Shown in pieces: positions 29,770 to 39,522 of a stretch of 64,000 bases of DNA. The DNA is from Candidatus Omnitrophota bacterium (GTDB lineage: Bacteria > Omnitrophota > Gorgyraeia > Duberdicusellales > 4484-171): assembly GCA_028703535.1 (NCBI GenBank), contig JAQVMQ010000001.1:8818-72817 (forward strand), read 5' to 3'. Every line of letters starts with the position of its first letter. The stretch's first letter is position 1. Position numbers and translations under genes: made by a program. The notes under the pieces were generated by a model. It was given only the letters and a program-made list of their open reading frames with translations. It was not told the origin of the DNA and did no database searches.

Positions 29770-30495
29770 CTATTTCATGGCTAATAATGATACGAAATTA
29801 AAACACTGAAACCATTTATATGTTTTTTTGAACCCAGATCTTTTCAAGCGTTTTATATGAGTATCTATGGTGTCAGATACAAGCACATTTTCAAGTGCCG
29901 TACGTTTACGGGATATCTCAAGCTTGGAATACCCGTTAAGCTCTTTAAAGACATGATAGAGTTCAGTCTGCAACATATCTTCATTTTTGTCTTTAAATTT
30001 TACTTTTTCAGATAATAAAAGTATGCCGCCCGGTTTCATACCTTTATATATTTTTTTTAATAACTTAAGCCGGCTGTCAGGTGATATAAATTGAAGAGTA
30101 AGATTTAATATGACCATAGAAGCATTACCTATATGTATATTGCATATATCGTCAGTCACGATGTTAATCACATTTTTATCCGAAAAAACCGAAAGTTTGG
30201 CCTTACATAATTCAGTCATAGCCTTGGAACTGTCAACTGCGATAAGCGAACTATTTTTAGCCTTCAAGTTCTCAAGTACCGCTTTTGAAGCTATTCCTGT
30301 AGATGCTCCCAAATCGTAACAATTAGTATTGTCCTGTATATATTTGCCGGCAAGAAGCCCGATCATCGCGACAATTGACGCATAACCCGGGACAGACCGG
30401 GATATCATATCATCAAAAACTGATGCAACAGTTTCATCAAAGACGAAATCACCCATATTAGGGTCTTTAGACAAAAATATATCGTCGCGTTTCAT
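29770..30495 (-). CDS. cmoA: Carboxy-S-adenosyl-L-methionine synthase CmoA
   Basis: FVFDETVASVFDDMISRSVPGYASIV...CYDLGASTG...LNLTLQF. Start moved to the ATG at 30493-30495, because the track ORF start (30570) overlaps ahcY. Confidence 0.85.
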   Translation of the reverse strand: MKRDDIFLSKDPNMGDFVFDETVASVFDDMISRSVPGYASIVAMIGLLAGKYIQDNTNCYDLGASTGIASKAVLENLKAKNSSLIAVDSSKAMTELCKAKLSVFSDKNVINIVTDDICNIHIGNASMVILNLTLQFISPDSRLKLLKKIYKGMKPGGILLLSEKVKFKDKNEDMLQTELYHVFKELNGYSKLEISRKRTALENVLVSDTIDTHIKRLKRSGFKKTYKWFQCFNFVSLLAMK

Positions 30496-30502
30496 CCGGT
30501 AA

Positions 30503-31903
30503 TCAATATCTATAATAATCAGGTTTATACGGCCCGCCTTTATCAACACCAATATATTTTGCCTGTTCATCAGTCAATCGTGTAAGCTTAACACCTATTT
30601 TGGCTAAATGCAGGCGCGCGACTTCTTCATCAAGTTTTTTTGAAAGACAATAAACCTTCGGTTCATACTTGTCCCTGTTCACCCAGAGATCAATCTGCGC
30701 CAAAACTTGATTAGTAAAAGAATTAGACATTACATATGACGGATGCCCCGTAGCACAGCCTAAATTCACAAGTCTTCCTTCAGCTAACAGAAATATTTCA
30801 TGGCCATCAGGAAAAGTATATTTATCTACCTGCGGTTTAATATTTAATTTTTTTATACCCTTGAAATTCTCAAGTGCCGCTACCTGTATCTCATTATCAA
30901 AATGCCCTATATTACAAACAATAGCCTGATCTTTCATCTTAAGCATATGTTCTATACGTATTATATCCTTATTCCCGGTAGTAGTAACATAAATATCAGC
31001 TATACCCAAAGTATCCTCTATCGGCTTAACCTCATAACCTGCCATAGCAGCCTGCAACGCGCATATCGGATCAATCTCTGTAACTATAACACGCGCGCCA
31101 AATCCACGCAACGATTGGGCTGAACCTTTACCTACATCACCATAGCCGCATACAACCGCTACTTTACCGGCAATCATAACATCGGTCGCTCTTTTTATTC
31201 CGTCCGACAATGATTCACGACAGCCGTATAAATTATCAAATTTTGATTTCGTTACCGAATCATTAACATTTATTGCCGGTACACGCAAGGTTTCATCTTT
31301 GGCCATTTGATATAACCGATGAACACCTGTTGTTGTTTCCTCAGATACTCCTTTCCATTCCTCAACCAAATTATGCCATTTAGAAGGTGTTTGCTTAAGT
31401 CCCTCCTCTATAAGCTTAATAAGCTCTTTCTCATCTTCACCGCAATTCGTCTTTTTTAGAATCGCCGGGCTATCTTCGGCGTCACAACCCATATGCAACA
31501 TCAATGTTGCGTCACCTCCGTCATCTACTATAAGATTCGGCCCTTTATTACCGGGGAATGTCAAAGCCCGCTCGGTACACCACCAATACTCAGCAAGCGT
31601 TTCACCTTTCCACGCGAACACCGGCACACCGGATCTCGCTATAGCTGCCGCCGCATGATCTTGGGTAGAAAAAATATTACAACTTGCCCAACGGACCTGA
31701 GCACCAAGCTCAACAAGCGTTTCTATCAATACTGCTGTTTGTATTGTCATATGCAATGACCCGGATATACGTACACCTTTAAGGGGTTTATTTTTTGAAT
31801 ATTTATCACGTACAGCCATAAGCCCCGGCATCTCACTTTGCGCTATATCAATCTCACGCCGTCCGAAATCAGCCAAAGCTATATCTTTTACCTTATAATC
31901 CAT
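30503..31903 (-). CDS. ahcY: Adenosylhomocysteinase
   Basis: [39 protein letters not shown]-binding site, C-terminal YRY. Start at the ATG 31901-31903 behind an AAAGGAG SD; the track ORF starts at 31927. Confidence 0.95.
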   Translation of the reverse strand: MDYKVKDIALADFGRREIDIAQSEMPGLMAVRDKYSKNKPLKGVRISGSLHMTIQTAVLIETLVELGAQVRWASCNIFSTQDHAAAAIARSGVPVFAWKGETLAEYWWCTERALTFPGNKGPNLIVDDGGDATLMLHMGCDAEDSPAILKKTNCGEDEKELIKLIEEGLKQTPSKWHNLVEEWKGVSEETTTGVHRLYQMAKDETLRVPAINVNDSVTKSKFDNLYGCRESLSDGIKRATDVMIAGKVAVVCGYGDVGKGSAQSLRGFGARVIVTEIDPICALQAAMAGYEVKPIEDTLGIADIYVTTTGNKDIIRIEHMLKMKDQAIVCNIGHFDNEIQVAALENFKGIKKLNIKPQVDKYTFPDGHEIFLLAEGRLVNLGCATGHPSYVMSNSFTNQVLAQIDLWVNRDKYEPKVYCLSKKLDEEVARLHLAKIGVKLTRLTDEQAKYIGVDKGGPYKPDYYRY

Positions 31904-31904
31904 T

Positions 31905-32675
31905 TTATTCTCCTTTGTTAAATGCAAAACGTTTAATTATTAATACTATCACTGTAATAATACACCGTAAATAGCCGGCAATAAAACTATCGGGCTTGAT
32001 TTTCTTAGCCCAAAACGGTGAATGTTTATAATAACATTTTATAAATACTCTGCCAATAAATAATTTAGACAAATAACCGTCCCGAAAAGACGACAAAACC
32101 TTGACCTCTTCGGACATAGCGCTCCCGTATAATGCCGTGGCAATAAAACATCCTTCACGGCTTGTTTTCTTCACACTCGACGCCACAACTGATACGGCAG
32201 AACCATTTTTAAAATAATCAAAAACATCTTTTTGACATTTTTTAAAAAAAACACCATGCCCAGTGCATTTTCGTAATTTGAGCTCTAAAACATGTGCTGT
32301 CTCATGTATAAAAGTATTAAAAAAATCATTTTCGTCAAGACATTCAAATAAATTGCAGATCTTATCTTTAAATCGCAGAAACCGTTTTGCTTTTAATGGG
32401 AAAATAACTATCGACTTCGGACGCGCTTTACCGTACCATGTAGCCCCGCGCCAGGTAATCTTATATTTATCCGATAAATACACCGGTATCCCCGGAATAT
32501 CAAAATAACGTACGGCTTTATTGTAAAAACTTTGTATTTCAGACCTGGCGGCTGATTTATATTTCCTAAATTTTGCGTCTGATCTTATTCGTTTATAGAA
32601 CTGCCCCAAAGTCATACCTGACTCGTTTGCTATGCCTTCAGTATAATTTTTAAAATCTAAATATTTTTCAAGCAT
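31905..32675 (-). CDS. SprT-like HExxH metalloprotease domain protein with C-terminal [10 protein letters not shown] membrane-anchor module
   Basis: [10 protein letters not shown] (HExxH). [27 protein letters not shown]... followed by a terminal hydrophobic helix ([11 protein letters not shown]). Confidence 0.6.
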   Translation of the reverse strand: MLEKYLDFKNYTEGIANESGMTLGQFYKRIRSDAKFRKYKSAARSEIQSFYNKAVRYFDIPGIPVYLSDKYKITWRGATWYGKARPKSIVIFPLKAKRFLRFKDKICNLFECLDENDFFNTFIHETAHVLELKLRKCTGHGVFFKKCQKDVFDYFKNGSAVSVVASSVKKTSREGCFIATALYGSAMSEEVKVLSSFRDGYLSKLFIGRVFIKCYYKHSPFWAKKIKPDSFIAGYLRCIITVIVLIIKRFAFNKGE

Positions 32676-32697
32676 TGATCAATAAATTTATAAGAAT

Positions 32698-32726
32698 TTG
32701 AAATATATGTATAACTACTATATAAT
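32698..32726 (+). promoter_or_regulatory. Candidate consensus-like promoter TTGAAA-N17-TATAAT placed for a leaderless transcript of the CPBP gene
   Basis: TTGAAA 32698-32703, TATAAT 32721-32726, ATG at 32733 only 6 nt after the -10. No SD. Confidence 0.5.
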
Positions 32727-32732
32727 CTCTTT

Positions 32733-33665
32733 ATGCGTAAAACAACATTTTTTCTTGTTATATTACTCACATGGCTGTCAGTTATGGCCTTTTATACCAA
32801 CCAAATACTACTATCCGGCAGCAGGCCCATTAAAACTATCAGAGAAATAACCGACATCTCAGCTCTGCCGGTAACGCCGCAGCTTATCGCCCTGGCCTCC
32901 GTAACGTGGCTTTTCCTTATTTTAGGAATAATAAATCTCTTTTCGATAATTTTTTCTAAAAAAGAGATTTATCCCAATAATAAGACTTCTCCGGTAATAC
33001 CCCAAAAAACTGTTCTAAAAATACTTTTTATGCTCATATTTTATTTTCTTCTCGTAACGTTCGGCATATCAAAAATAATTAACACAAAACTAATAGTCGA
33101 GCCTAATACAGCCTCCGCGATAGCCAACGCTATCTTACTCATAGGCTCAGCAGGCATACTACTCCAATTCGCGCCACGTGAGATAACAAGGATCAACTTC
33201 ACCCTTAATAATTTTAAATTAGCATTTAAAACTTTCACCGCTATATTGCCGGCGTGCCTGCTCGCAAAAATTATCAATATCAACTTAATCCATTTCTTTA
33301 ACATACCGGAAACTGTAAATCCCGCTATAAAGATACTTAATACAACTACCGACATAAAAACCGTGATACTGCTTTTTCTTCTGGTAAGCGTACTTGCGCC
33401 TATAACTGAAGAAATATTTTTTAGAGGGACATTATTCTCGGCCCTGCGAATAAAACGCAACTTCATGATATCCGCGATTTCAACCGCACTGCTTTTTTCT
33501 CTAATGCATGAAATATCCGCCGATATATTACCGCTTTTTTTCATCGGGATGTTTCTTGCATGGTCTTATGAACATTCTAAAGAGATATCTGTACCGATAA
33601 TGGTACACGCTTTGTTCAACGGCTGGATATCAATAATGCTTTTACTTATCAAAGCTTCCTTATAA
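32733..33665 (+). CDS. CPBP-family (CAAX/Abi) intramembrane glutamic protease
   Basis: Polytopic; EEIFFRG, FSLMHE and HALFN motifs. Confidence 0.85.
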   Translation: MRKTTFFLVILLTWLSVMAFYTNQILLSGSRPIKTIREITDISALPVTPQLIALASVTWLFLILGIINLFSIIFSKKEIYPNNKTSPVIPQKTVLKILFMLIFYFLLVTFGISKIINTKLIVEPNTASAIANAILLIGSAGILLQFAPREITRINFTLNNFKLAFKTFTAILPACLLAKIININLIHFFNIPETVNPAIKILNTTTDIKTVILLFLLVSVLAPITEEIFFRGTLFSALRIKRNFMISAISTALLFSLMHEISADILPLFFIGMFLAWSYEHSKEISVPIMVHALFNGWISIMLLLIKASL

Positions 33666-33778
33666 CAGCCGTAAAGCTTAAGCACTAAATAATAGACAAA
33701 GTTTGGTAAAAAACCATATAACCACAAATCTTAGAATCAAATCCTGGTTAAAGTTTATCTTTTATAGTCTTGGACAGA

Positions 33779-34555
33779 CTATTGATTGGCATAATCTTCC
33801 GCGGAGAGCGGCAAATGAAGAAGTTTTTTTATATTAGCTATCCGCTGTGAAGAAAACGGATGCGTCCTGAAATATTCTTTAGGCCGTATTTTGCCGCGCT
33901 CAAGATCCTCTATTTTTTGTAATAACGTTATCCCTGCATTAGGGTCATATCCAAGTTCAGAACTATACCGCACCGCAATCTCATCAGCATTAAACTCCGC
34001 ATCTTGAGAATATTCAGACATAAGTTGATTTAAAGCAAGCGCGACCCCCATCGTAAAGTCCGGGTCAGCCGATGGAGCAGTTGTCGATGCTGCTAATATA
34101 AGGTTATAGCCAAGTGCCGCCTGAAGCCGTTTTATGCCATGCCGGCTGACAATATGACCGACCTCATGCGCCAGCACAAAAGCCAGCTCATCATCAGTCA
34201 GTTTATCCAATAACCCTTTAAATACATAAACATACCCGCCGGGCAGCGAAAAAGCGTTAAGGTCATCTTTATCGATAATATAGAAATAATAAGAAACCGC
34301 TTGCCTGTCTGATACTGCCGCTATACGTTCACCGATATCATTGACGCGTTTTATATCAAACGGATTACGGGATATTTTATATTGTTCAGCTACCTGATGC
34401 GAAACATTAAGCCCGAGATTTATTTCTCGCTCATAAGAATACATCATTATATCCTGAGTATGAGAACCGGCATTATATTCGGTAGTAAAACAACCGTTAA
34501 AAGAAAAAATAAGAAGTATTAAAAAAAATAAAGATGAAATATGCTTTACACACAT
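33779..34555 (-). CDS. M48-family periplasmic zinc metalloprotease (possible lipoprotein)
   Basis: Signal peptide ending FSFNGC; HEVGHIVSRH; downstream EFNADEIA. Confidence 0.8.
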   Translation of the reverse strand: MCVKHISSLFFLILLIFSFNGCFTTEYNAGSHTQDIMMYSYEREINLGLNVSHQVAEQYKISRNPFDIKRVNDIGERIAAVSDRQAVSYYFYIIDKDDLNAFSLPGGYVYVFKGLLDKLTDDELAFVLAHEVGHIVSRHGIKRLQAALGYNLILAASTTAPSADPDFTMGVALALNQLMSEYSQDAEFNADEIAVRYSSELGYDPNAGITLLQKIEDLERGKIRPKEYFRTHPFSSQRIANIKKLLHLPLSAEDYANQ

Positions 34556-35094
34556 TACTTTAAATTAAAGTCGCTTTTGGTATACAGCGATACCAACGGA
34601 CAATCAATAGTGTCAAAAGCCTCTTTGGCACCTTCTTCCCTGTCAACAACAGAGACAGCCTTTACAACTTTATAACCGGCCTCACGTAATATCAAAACAG
34701 CTTTGATCAAAGATCCCCCGCTCGTTACTACATCGTCTACAACCGCAATTCTGTCACGTTTTAGCAGTACCGGGCCCTCTATGCTATTGCAACGCCCGTG
34801 TTGTTTCTGTTCTTTACGGACAAGAAAACCTTTTATAGGAGTTTTATTTAACGATGATAAATAGCATATACCGCCCACAATCGGATCGGCACCCATCGTA
34901 GGCCCGCCAAATGCGGTGATCTTATCTTTTTCCAATATAGGCCATATAAGTTTAGCTATAAGTTCAAGGCCTCGTGCATTTAAAGTTACTTTCCGCAAAT
35001 CTACATAAAAATCACTTATCTTACCGGATGCTAATTTTATCTGTTCGTTAAAAACAGCGTCCTTTTTTATGATCTTTTTTAATTCATCCCTCAT
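34555..35094 (-). CDS. pyrE: Orotate phosphoribosyltransferase
   Basis: KLASGKISDFYVDLR and the PRPP-binding loop VVDDVVTSGGS. TAATG overlap with the downstream gene. Confidence 0.8.
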   Translation of the reverse strand: MRDELKKIIKKDAVFNEQIKLASGKISDFYVDLRKVTLNARGLELIAKLIWPILEKDKITAFGGPTMGADPIVGGICYLSSLNKTPIKGFLVRKEQKQHGRCNSIEGPVLLKRDRIAVVDDVVTSGGSLIKAVLILREAGYKVVKAVSVVDREEGAKEAFDTIDCPLVSLYTKSDFNLK

Positions 35095-35118
35095 TGTAAT
35101 GCCTTTCTTTGTTGTGTA

Positions 35119-35793
35119 TCAGATATTCTCTCTATCTTCGTCAAAATAATCCAGCTCGCTTACAGGCAAAATAACCGAAGTCGAAATATTAGTTAAATGA
35201 GCAACTATACGTTTATAATAACGCGCCATAAGTGTAAAATAGACCGCTTCATTTACCGGCCAGTCAGAATGAGCAATAGTCGTAATAATCTTGTCACAAA
35301 GTTTAGCTATTTTCCGTTCATAATGCCATGAACTTACAGCCTGACTTTCGTCAGACTCCAAAAAAGCTTTTTTAGCTAACTCATATATCTCGTTTATCTC
35401 AACATCGGCTTCATTAAATATCTCACGATATCTCTTTGCGTTAAATTTTCCTTCAACCATAGTTGTTATCGTATAAAGATTTTTACAATAGTCACCTAAC
35501 CGTTCGGCATCTTTAACAACACTCATAAGTATAAGACATGTTGAAATATCAATAGACGGCTGTAATGCCAAGTGTTCAATGACACGTTTGCGTATCTCTT
35601 TTTCTTTTTCATTTATGTTTTTATCAATAGCGTATATTTTTTCTTTTAGTGAATCGTGCTGTTCATCACGCAGTAACACACCACACACTATATTAAACAT
35701 GCTTTGTGAACTATTCAGCATATTCTGGAAATCTTCGAAAACTTGGGTAAGAAAATCCTTACCTTTAAAAAAATTTTTTAAACTCTTAAACAT
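35119..35793 (-). CDS. PhoU-domain protein (phosphate transport regulator-like)
   Basis: DAERLGDYCKNL PhoU-type motif, two-repeat helical layout, directly downstream of a Na/Pi cotransporter gene. Confidence 0.75.
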   Translation of the reverse strand: MFKSLKNFFKGKDFLTQVFEDFQNMLNSSQSMFNIVCGVLLRDEQHDSLKEKIYAIDKNINEKEKEIRKRVIEHLALQPSIDISTCLILMSVVKDAERLGDYCKNLYTITTMVEGKFNAKRYREIFNEADVEINEIYELAKKAFLESDESQAVSSWHYERKIAKLCDKIITTIAHSDWPVNEAVYFTLMARYYKRIVAHLTNISTSVILPVSELDYFDEDRENI

Positions 35794-35803
35794 CTAGTCC
35801 TCC

Positions 35804-36931
35804 TTACTTCATTAACTCAGATATCGCAATCAATATACCCGGCACAATAAAAAATAATGTTAGTACATATATGAAAATATAACGTTTTTTCCTGGCAGCC
35901 GCTTCGCCTAATTTACGCGCGCAGATAACCAAAAATGACCTAAGCGGCTTTATGGGATAAATAACACATACCCCTATCATATTAAATAAAAAATGTACAA
36001 ATGCAACTGTTATTGCCGCCGGGTTAGCCGTAGCAAAAGACGCAAGCATAGCGGTTACCGTAGTACCTATATTTGCACCCATAACAATAGGGAAAACCGT
36101 TTCTATATTCAATATTCCTGACGCTATAAGCGGTATCATTAAAGACGTTGTGATAGAAGAACTCTGTATTACCGCGGTGAATAATGTAGCTGCCAGAATA
36201 GCTACAACACCGTTTTTACCTAAAGTTTTATTCAGGACTATCTCAGCTTTCTCCAGAACAAGCATGCGCATGATCTTAACGATAAATGCTAAAGAAAAGA
36301 ATAAAAGAACAAGTGACGCAGTAAGCATTAATATATATAAGAGTTGCAAGTTAGTGCCGATAAAATATTTTAAAATCTCAAAAATTATATGTATAACCGG
36401 CTGAGTAAGTACTTTAAGAGGGCTGGTAAAAGTCATGCCCCCGAAATGAGAAAACAAATTGCTCATATAGGAAGCCAGAATACCCAAAAAATTAGTCGTT
36501 AACTGTAAGGGGAACATTACTATTACACAAAATATATTAAAAAAATCATGTATAGTACCGCCCGAAACAGCACGTTTGAACTCCTCTTTACGGCCAATAT
36601 GAGCTATAGATACCAAAGTATTGGTTACAGTAGTGCCGATATTAGCACCCATGATAATCGGTATAGCATTAACAATCGTTAGTACACCTGAACTTACCAT
36701 CCCCACAACTATACATGTAGTAGTTGAAGAACTCTGCATGATACTTGTTGCCATTACTCCTATAAACAACCCTATAAACGGATTAGATGTAGTTTGAATA
36801 AGTTTTTCTGCAAACCCCTTTCCAAACCCTTTGAATGCCGCACCCATCAATCCTATGCTTATTAAAAATAAATAAACACAGAAAAGTACCCCGATGATTT
36901 TTAATATTGTTAGTATTGTTGATTTTTTCAT
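35804..36931 (-). CDS. Na+/phosphate cotransporter (NptA / type II Na-Pi family)
   Basis: Polytopic, with a duplicated GANIGTTVT signature (two inverted repeats). Confidence 0.85.
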   Translation of the reverse strand: MKKSTILTILKIIGVLFCVYLFLISIGLMGAAFKGFGKGFAEKLIQTTSNPFIGLFIGVMATSIMQSSSTTTCIVVGMVSSGVLTIVNAIPIIMGANIGTTVTNTLVSIAHIGRKEEFKRAVSGGTIHDFFNIFCVIVMFPLQLTTNFLGILASYMSNLFSHFGGMTFTSPLKVLTQPVIHIIFEILKYFIGTNLQLLYILMLTASLVLLFFSLAFIVKIMRMLVLEKAEIVLNKTLGKNGVVAILAATLFTAVIQSSSITTSLMIPLIASGILNIETVFPIVMGANIGTTVTAMLASFATANPAAITVAFVHFLFNMIGVCVIYPIKPLRSFLVICARKLGEAAARKKRYIFIYVLTLFFIVPGILIAISELMK

Positions 36932-37114
36932 TAGATAAGTATTATCCCTAACGGATTATGATTATATAAGACAAAAAACATATACGCAAGAAAAAGTTTT
37001 ATTCGGCCAACGGCTAATAATCTAGCTATTGCTATTAGAGTGTGTCCACACACGTATCATATACTGATAAACTCATCTAGTTTTACTTTACTGCAGACAT
37101 ATGTCTTATGTCTT

Positions 37115-37162
37115 CCCGCCGCCCTATTACTATATATTGAGGCGGGTCCGCCTTTGGCGAAA
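37115..37162. repeat. Intergenic ~50-nt double-hairpin element, copy 2
   Basis: CCCGCCgCCCTATTACTATATATTGAGGCGGGTCCGCCTTTGGCGAA; ends 4 nt from the stop codon at 37167. Confidence 0.65.
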
Positions 37163-37166
37163 TGCC

Positions 37167-38057
37167 TTAATATGGGTTACGTCTAATATATTCAAGTATT
37201 TTAATATCTGCCGGGGCAAGCTCCAATTTCGCCGCATCAACAAAATCAAAAAAACCTAAAGAATCACAATCTTTAGCATACGGCACCCCTGATATTATAA
37301 CGCATTTAATAAACTCGATATATATCTTTAACGTTTCATTTTCGTCCGTAAAATCAGACAGTTTTTCCTTAGCATGAACAACCAGGCCTGTTTCTTCGAA
37401 TATTTCACGTTCAATAGCCTCAAATGCAGTTTCACCAGATTCTATACATCCGCCGGGGAATTCCCATAGCCCTCCAAAAGTATCGTTTTCTTTACGCTTA
37501 CAAAGTAAAAATTTTCCGTCTTCGACTATATACGCGCCGGCTACATCAAGAGTCTTTTTTGCTTTCTTATTATCCAATATTTTTTCTAAACAATAATCAT
37601 CCATAACAAAACCTTCTCCAATATCTGTAAGTACAGACCCCGAGATTCTAAATCCCATATGCTTATATGTATCAATCGAGTCTTTATTGTTTTTATGTAC
37701 ACGCAGAAAGATCCTCTTGATATTTCTTGATAACGCTATTTTTTCCAATAATCTGAAGACACTTTTCGCATGTCCCCTGCCCCTATATTCTACGGCTACA
37801 TATAATTTACTTAGGAATAGTCCGTCATCTTCTATATCAAAAGAAAAATAACCTGCCGGAGACTTATCATCTATTATGTAATACTCTGATTTACCTGAAA
37901 ACACCCGGCAAGCGATAGCATCCGCTGTTTGAAATTTAGAAAGCATATACACTGTTTGCTCACGACCGATTATAGGAATGTAATGTTCAAGCCATATCGT
38001 ACGCGCAAGATTCTCTATAAGTTTGAAATCATCTTTATTTGACGCTTTATACAGCAT
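37167..38057 (-). CDS. GNAT N-acetyltransferase fused to a Nudix (MutT-like) hydrolase
   Basis: N-terminal half: VAVEYRGRGHAKSVF (acetyl-CoA site). C-terminal half: GGLWEFPGGCIESGETAFEAIEREIFEETGL (Nudix box). Confidence 0.8.
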   Translation of the reverse strand: MLYKASNKDDFKLIENLARTIWLEHYIPIIGREQTVYMLSKFQTADAIACRVFSGKSEYYIIDDKSPAGYFSFDIEDDGLFLSKLYVAVEYRGRGHAKSVFRLLEKIALSRNIKRIFLRVHKNNKDSIDTYKHMGFRISGSVLTDIGEGFVMDDYCLEKILDNKKAKKTLDVAGAYIVEDGKFLLCKRKENDTFGGLWEFPGGCIESGETAFEAIEREIFEETGLVVHAKEKLSDFTDENETLKIYIEFIKCVIISGVPYAKDCDSLGFFDFVDAAKLELAPADIKILEYIRRNPY

Positions 38058-38068
38058 AGCAACTATTG

Positions 38069-39514
38069 TTAAAAAATATTACCTTTATTAAACATCCCGT
38101 ACGGATCAAAAACCTTCTTCACTTGCCGCATTTTATTGATCGTTTCCTTACCATACATCATAGCCAAATATTCACGTTTAAGTTTTCCCACCCCATGTTC
38201 GGCCGATATACTGCCTCCCAGTGATATGGCTTTAGCCGCGAACTCTTTCATATATTTTTTAGCTGAAAATGACTCTTCATCGGTACACGGCAAAAAATTA
38301 AAATGTAAATGTGCTTCACCTATATGCCCAAAATTAACGTATCGTATGCCTGATTGTTCGGCATTTATCTTATAAAACTCATATAACTTTAAAAACTTAT
38401 CATGCGGAACCGCAAGGTCTGCAGATAGTTTCACTTGGCTATATTTGCGTAAAAACTCATTTATGTTTTGCGGTATCTTATGCCGAAAATCAAACAATTT
38501 GGCACGTTCAGCCTCAGTCTCGGCTATTATCACTGTATCCAATATCGCATTATTCCTCTCAAGAATACGCATCCATACATCAAGTGAAGCGTCCCTTTCT
38601 TCTTTTCTGTCGGATTCCTGTTCAAAGTATACCGCGCACATACAATCTGACGGGATGAAACTAAAATCCTCTTTAACAAAATCCAATGAATTCTTATCAA
38701 GAAACTCTAACGATGTAGGGTTAAACCCCTCTCTTAAACGTGCCGTACGGACAGAAGACACAAAATTAAAAGCATCATGTTCAGACACGAAAAAGGCCAG
38801 TCCGTCAAACACAGACCACGGTTTCTTTTGTAATTGCAAAGTAACAGACAATATTATACCAAGTGTACCTTCAGAGCCTATAAACAGATCTATAATATCC
38901 ATGTCCGCCTTGGTATAATAACCCGCCTGCGATTTACAATCAGGCATATTATAATCAGGCATATCAAATTCAAACTTTTTACCGTTTGATTCAAAACAGA
39001 ACTTATACCCATCGGCAAAGATACTTCCCCGCTTAAGATTTAATATTGTACCGTCATAAAGCATTACATCCATACCCAAAACATAACTTCGTATTGAACC
39101 GTACCGAAACCCGCGCATACCCGAAGCTGCGGTTGAAACAGCACCGCCGATACATGCCAACGATTCTGTCGGTACAGCACGCAGACAAAATCCATAACGT
39201 GCAGAAAAAGATTCTATTACAGATAAAGTGACACCTGCAGAGACCTTTAACACCCCGGCAGATTCATCTATCATGTTTATGGCATTAAAGCGCTCAAAAC
39301 TTATCACAGCGCCATTCTGCGGGACACAGCCGCCTGTAGTACCTGTTCGTCCGGCAGAGAATGTCACGACACGTTTTGACATTAGACAATCGGCCAATGC
39401 TTTCTTGAGATCATCGATATTTTCCGGTATATAAAGGATATCCGCACTGCCTGCGAGATTTGAGGTATCTTCAAGATAACTTTGAATTTCCGCTCTGTTG
39501 GTTTTATATATCAT
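38069..39514 (-). CDS. FAD-linked oxidase (GlcD / D-lactate dehydrogenase family)
   Basis: PCMH-type FAD-binding N-terminal domain (FSAGRTGTTGG...) and C-terminal SAEHGVGKLKREYL. Confidence 0.75.
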   Translation of the reverse strand: MIYKTNRAEIQSYLEDTSNLAGSADILYIPENIDDLKKALADCLMSKRVVTFSAGRTGTTGGCVPQNGAVISFERFNAINMIDESAGVLKVSAGVTLSVIESFSARYGFCLRAVPTESLACIGGAVSTAASGMRGFRYGSIRSYVLGMDVMLYDGTILNLKRGSIFADGYKFCFESNGKKFEFDMPDYNMPDCKSQAGYYTKADMDIIDLFIGSEGTLGIILSVTLQLQKKPWSVFDGLAFFVSEHDAFNFVSSVRTARLREGFNPTSLEFLDKNSLDFVKEDFSFIPSDCMCAVYFEQESDRKEERDASLDVWMRILERNNAILDTVIIAETEAERAKLFDFRHKIPQNINEFLRKYSQVKLSADLAVPHDKFLKLYEFYKINAEQSGIRYVNFGHIGEAHLHFNFLPCTDEESFSAKKYMKEFAAKAISLGGSISAEHGVGKLKREYLAMMYGKETINKMRQVKKVFDPYGMFNKGNIF

Positions 39515-39522
39515 TGAGAGAA

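Noticed and set aside
30496-30570. N-terminal extensions of track ORFs for cmoA, ahcY, rpmC, rplD, rplE, the HD protein, the RRM protein, the LeuC-like gene and cmoB
   Set aside because: The extensions overlap the upstream gene or begin at TTG without an SD. Internal ATG or GTG codons preceded by GGAG-type SDs give canonical N-termini, so the starts were trimmed.
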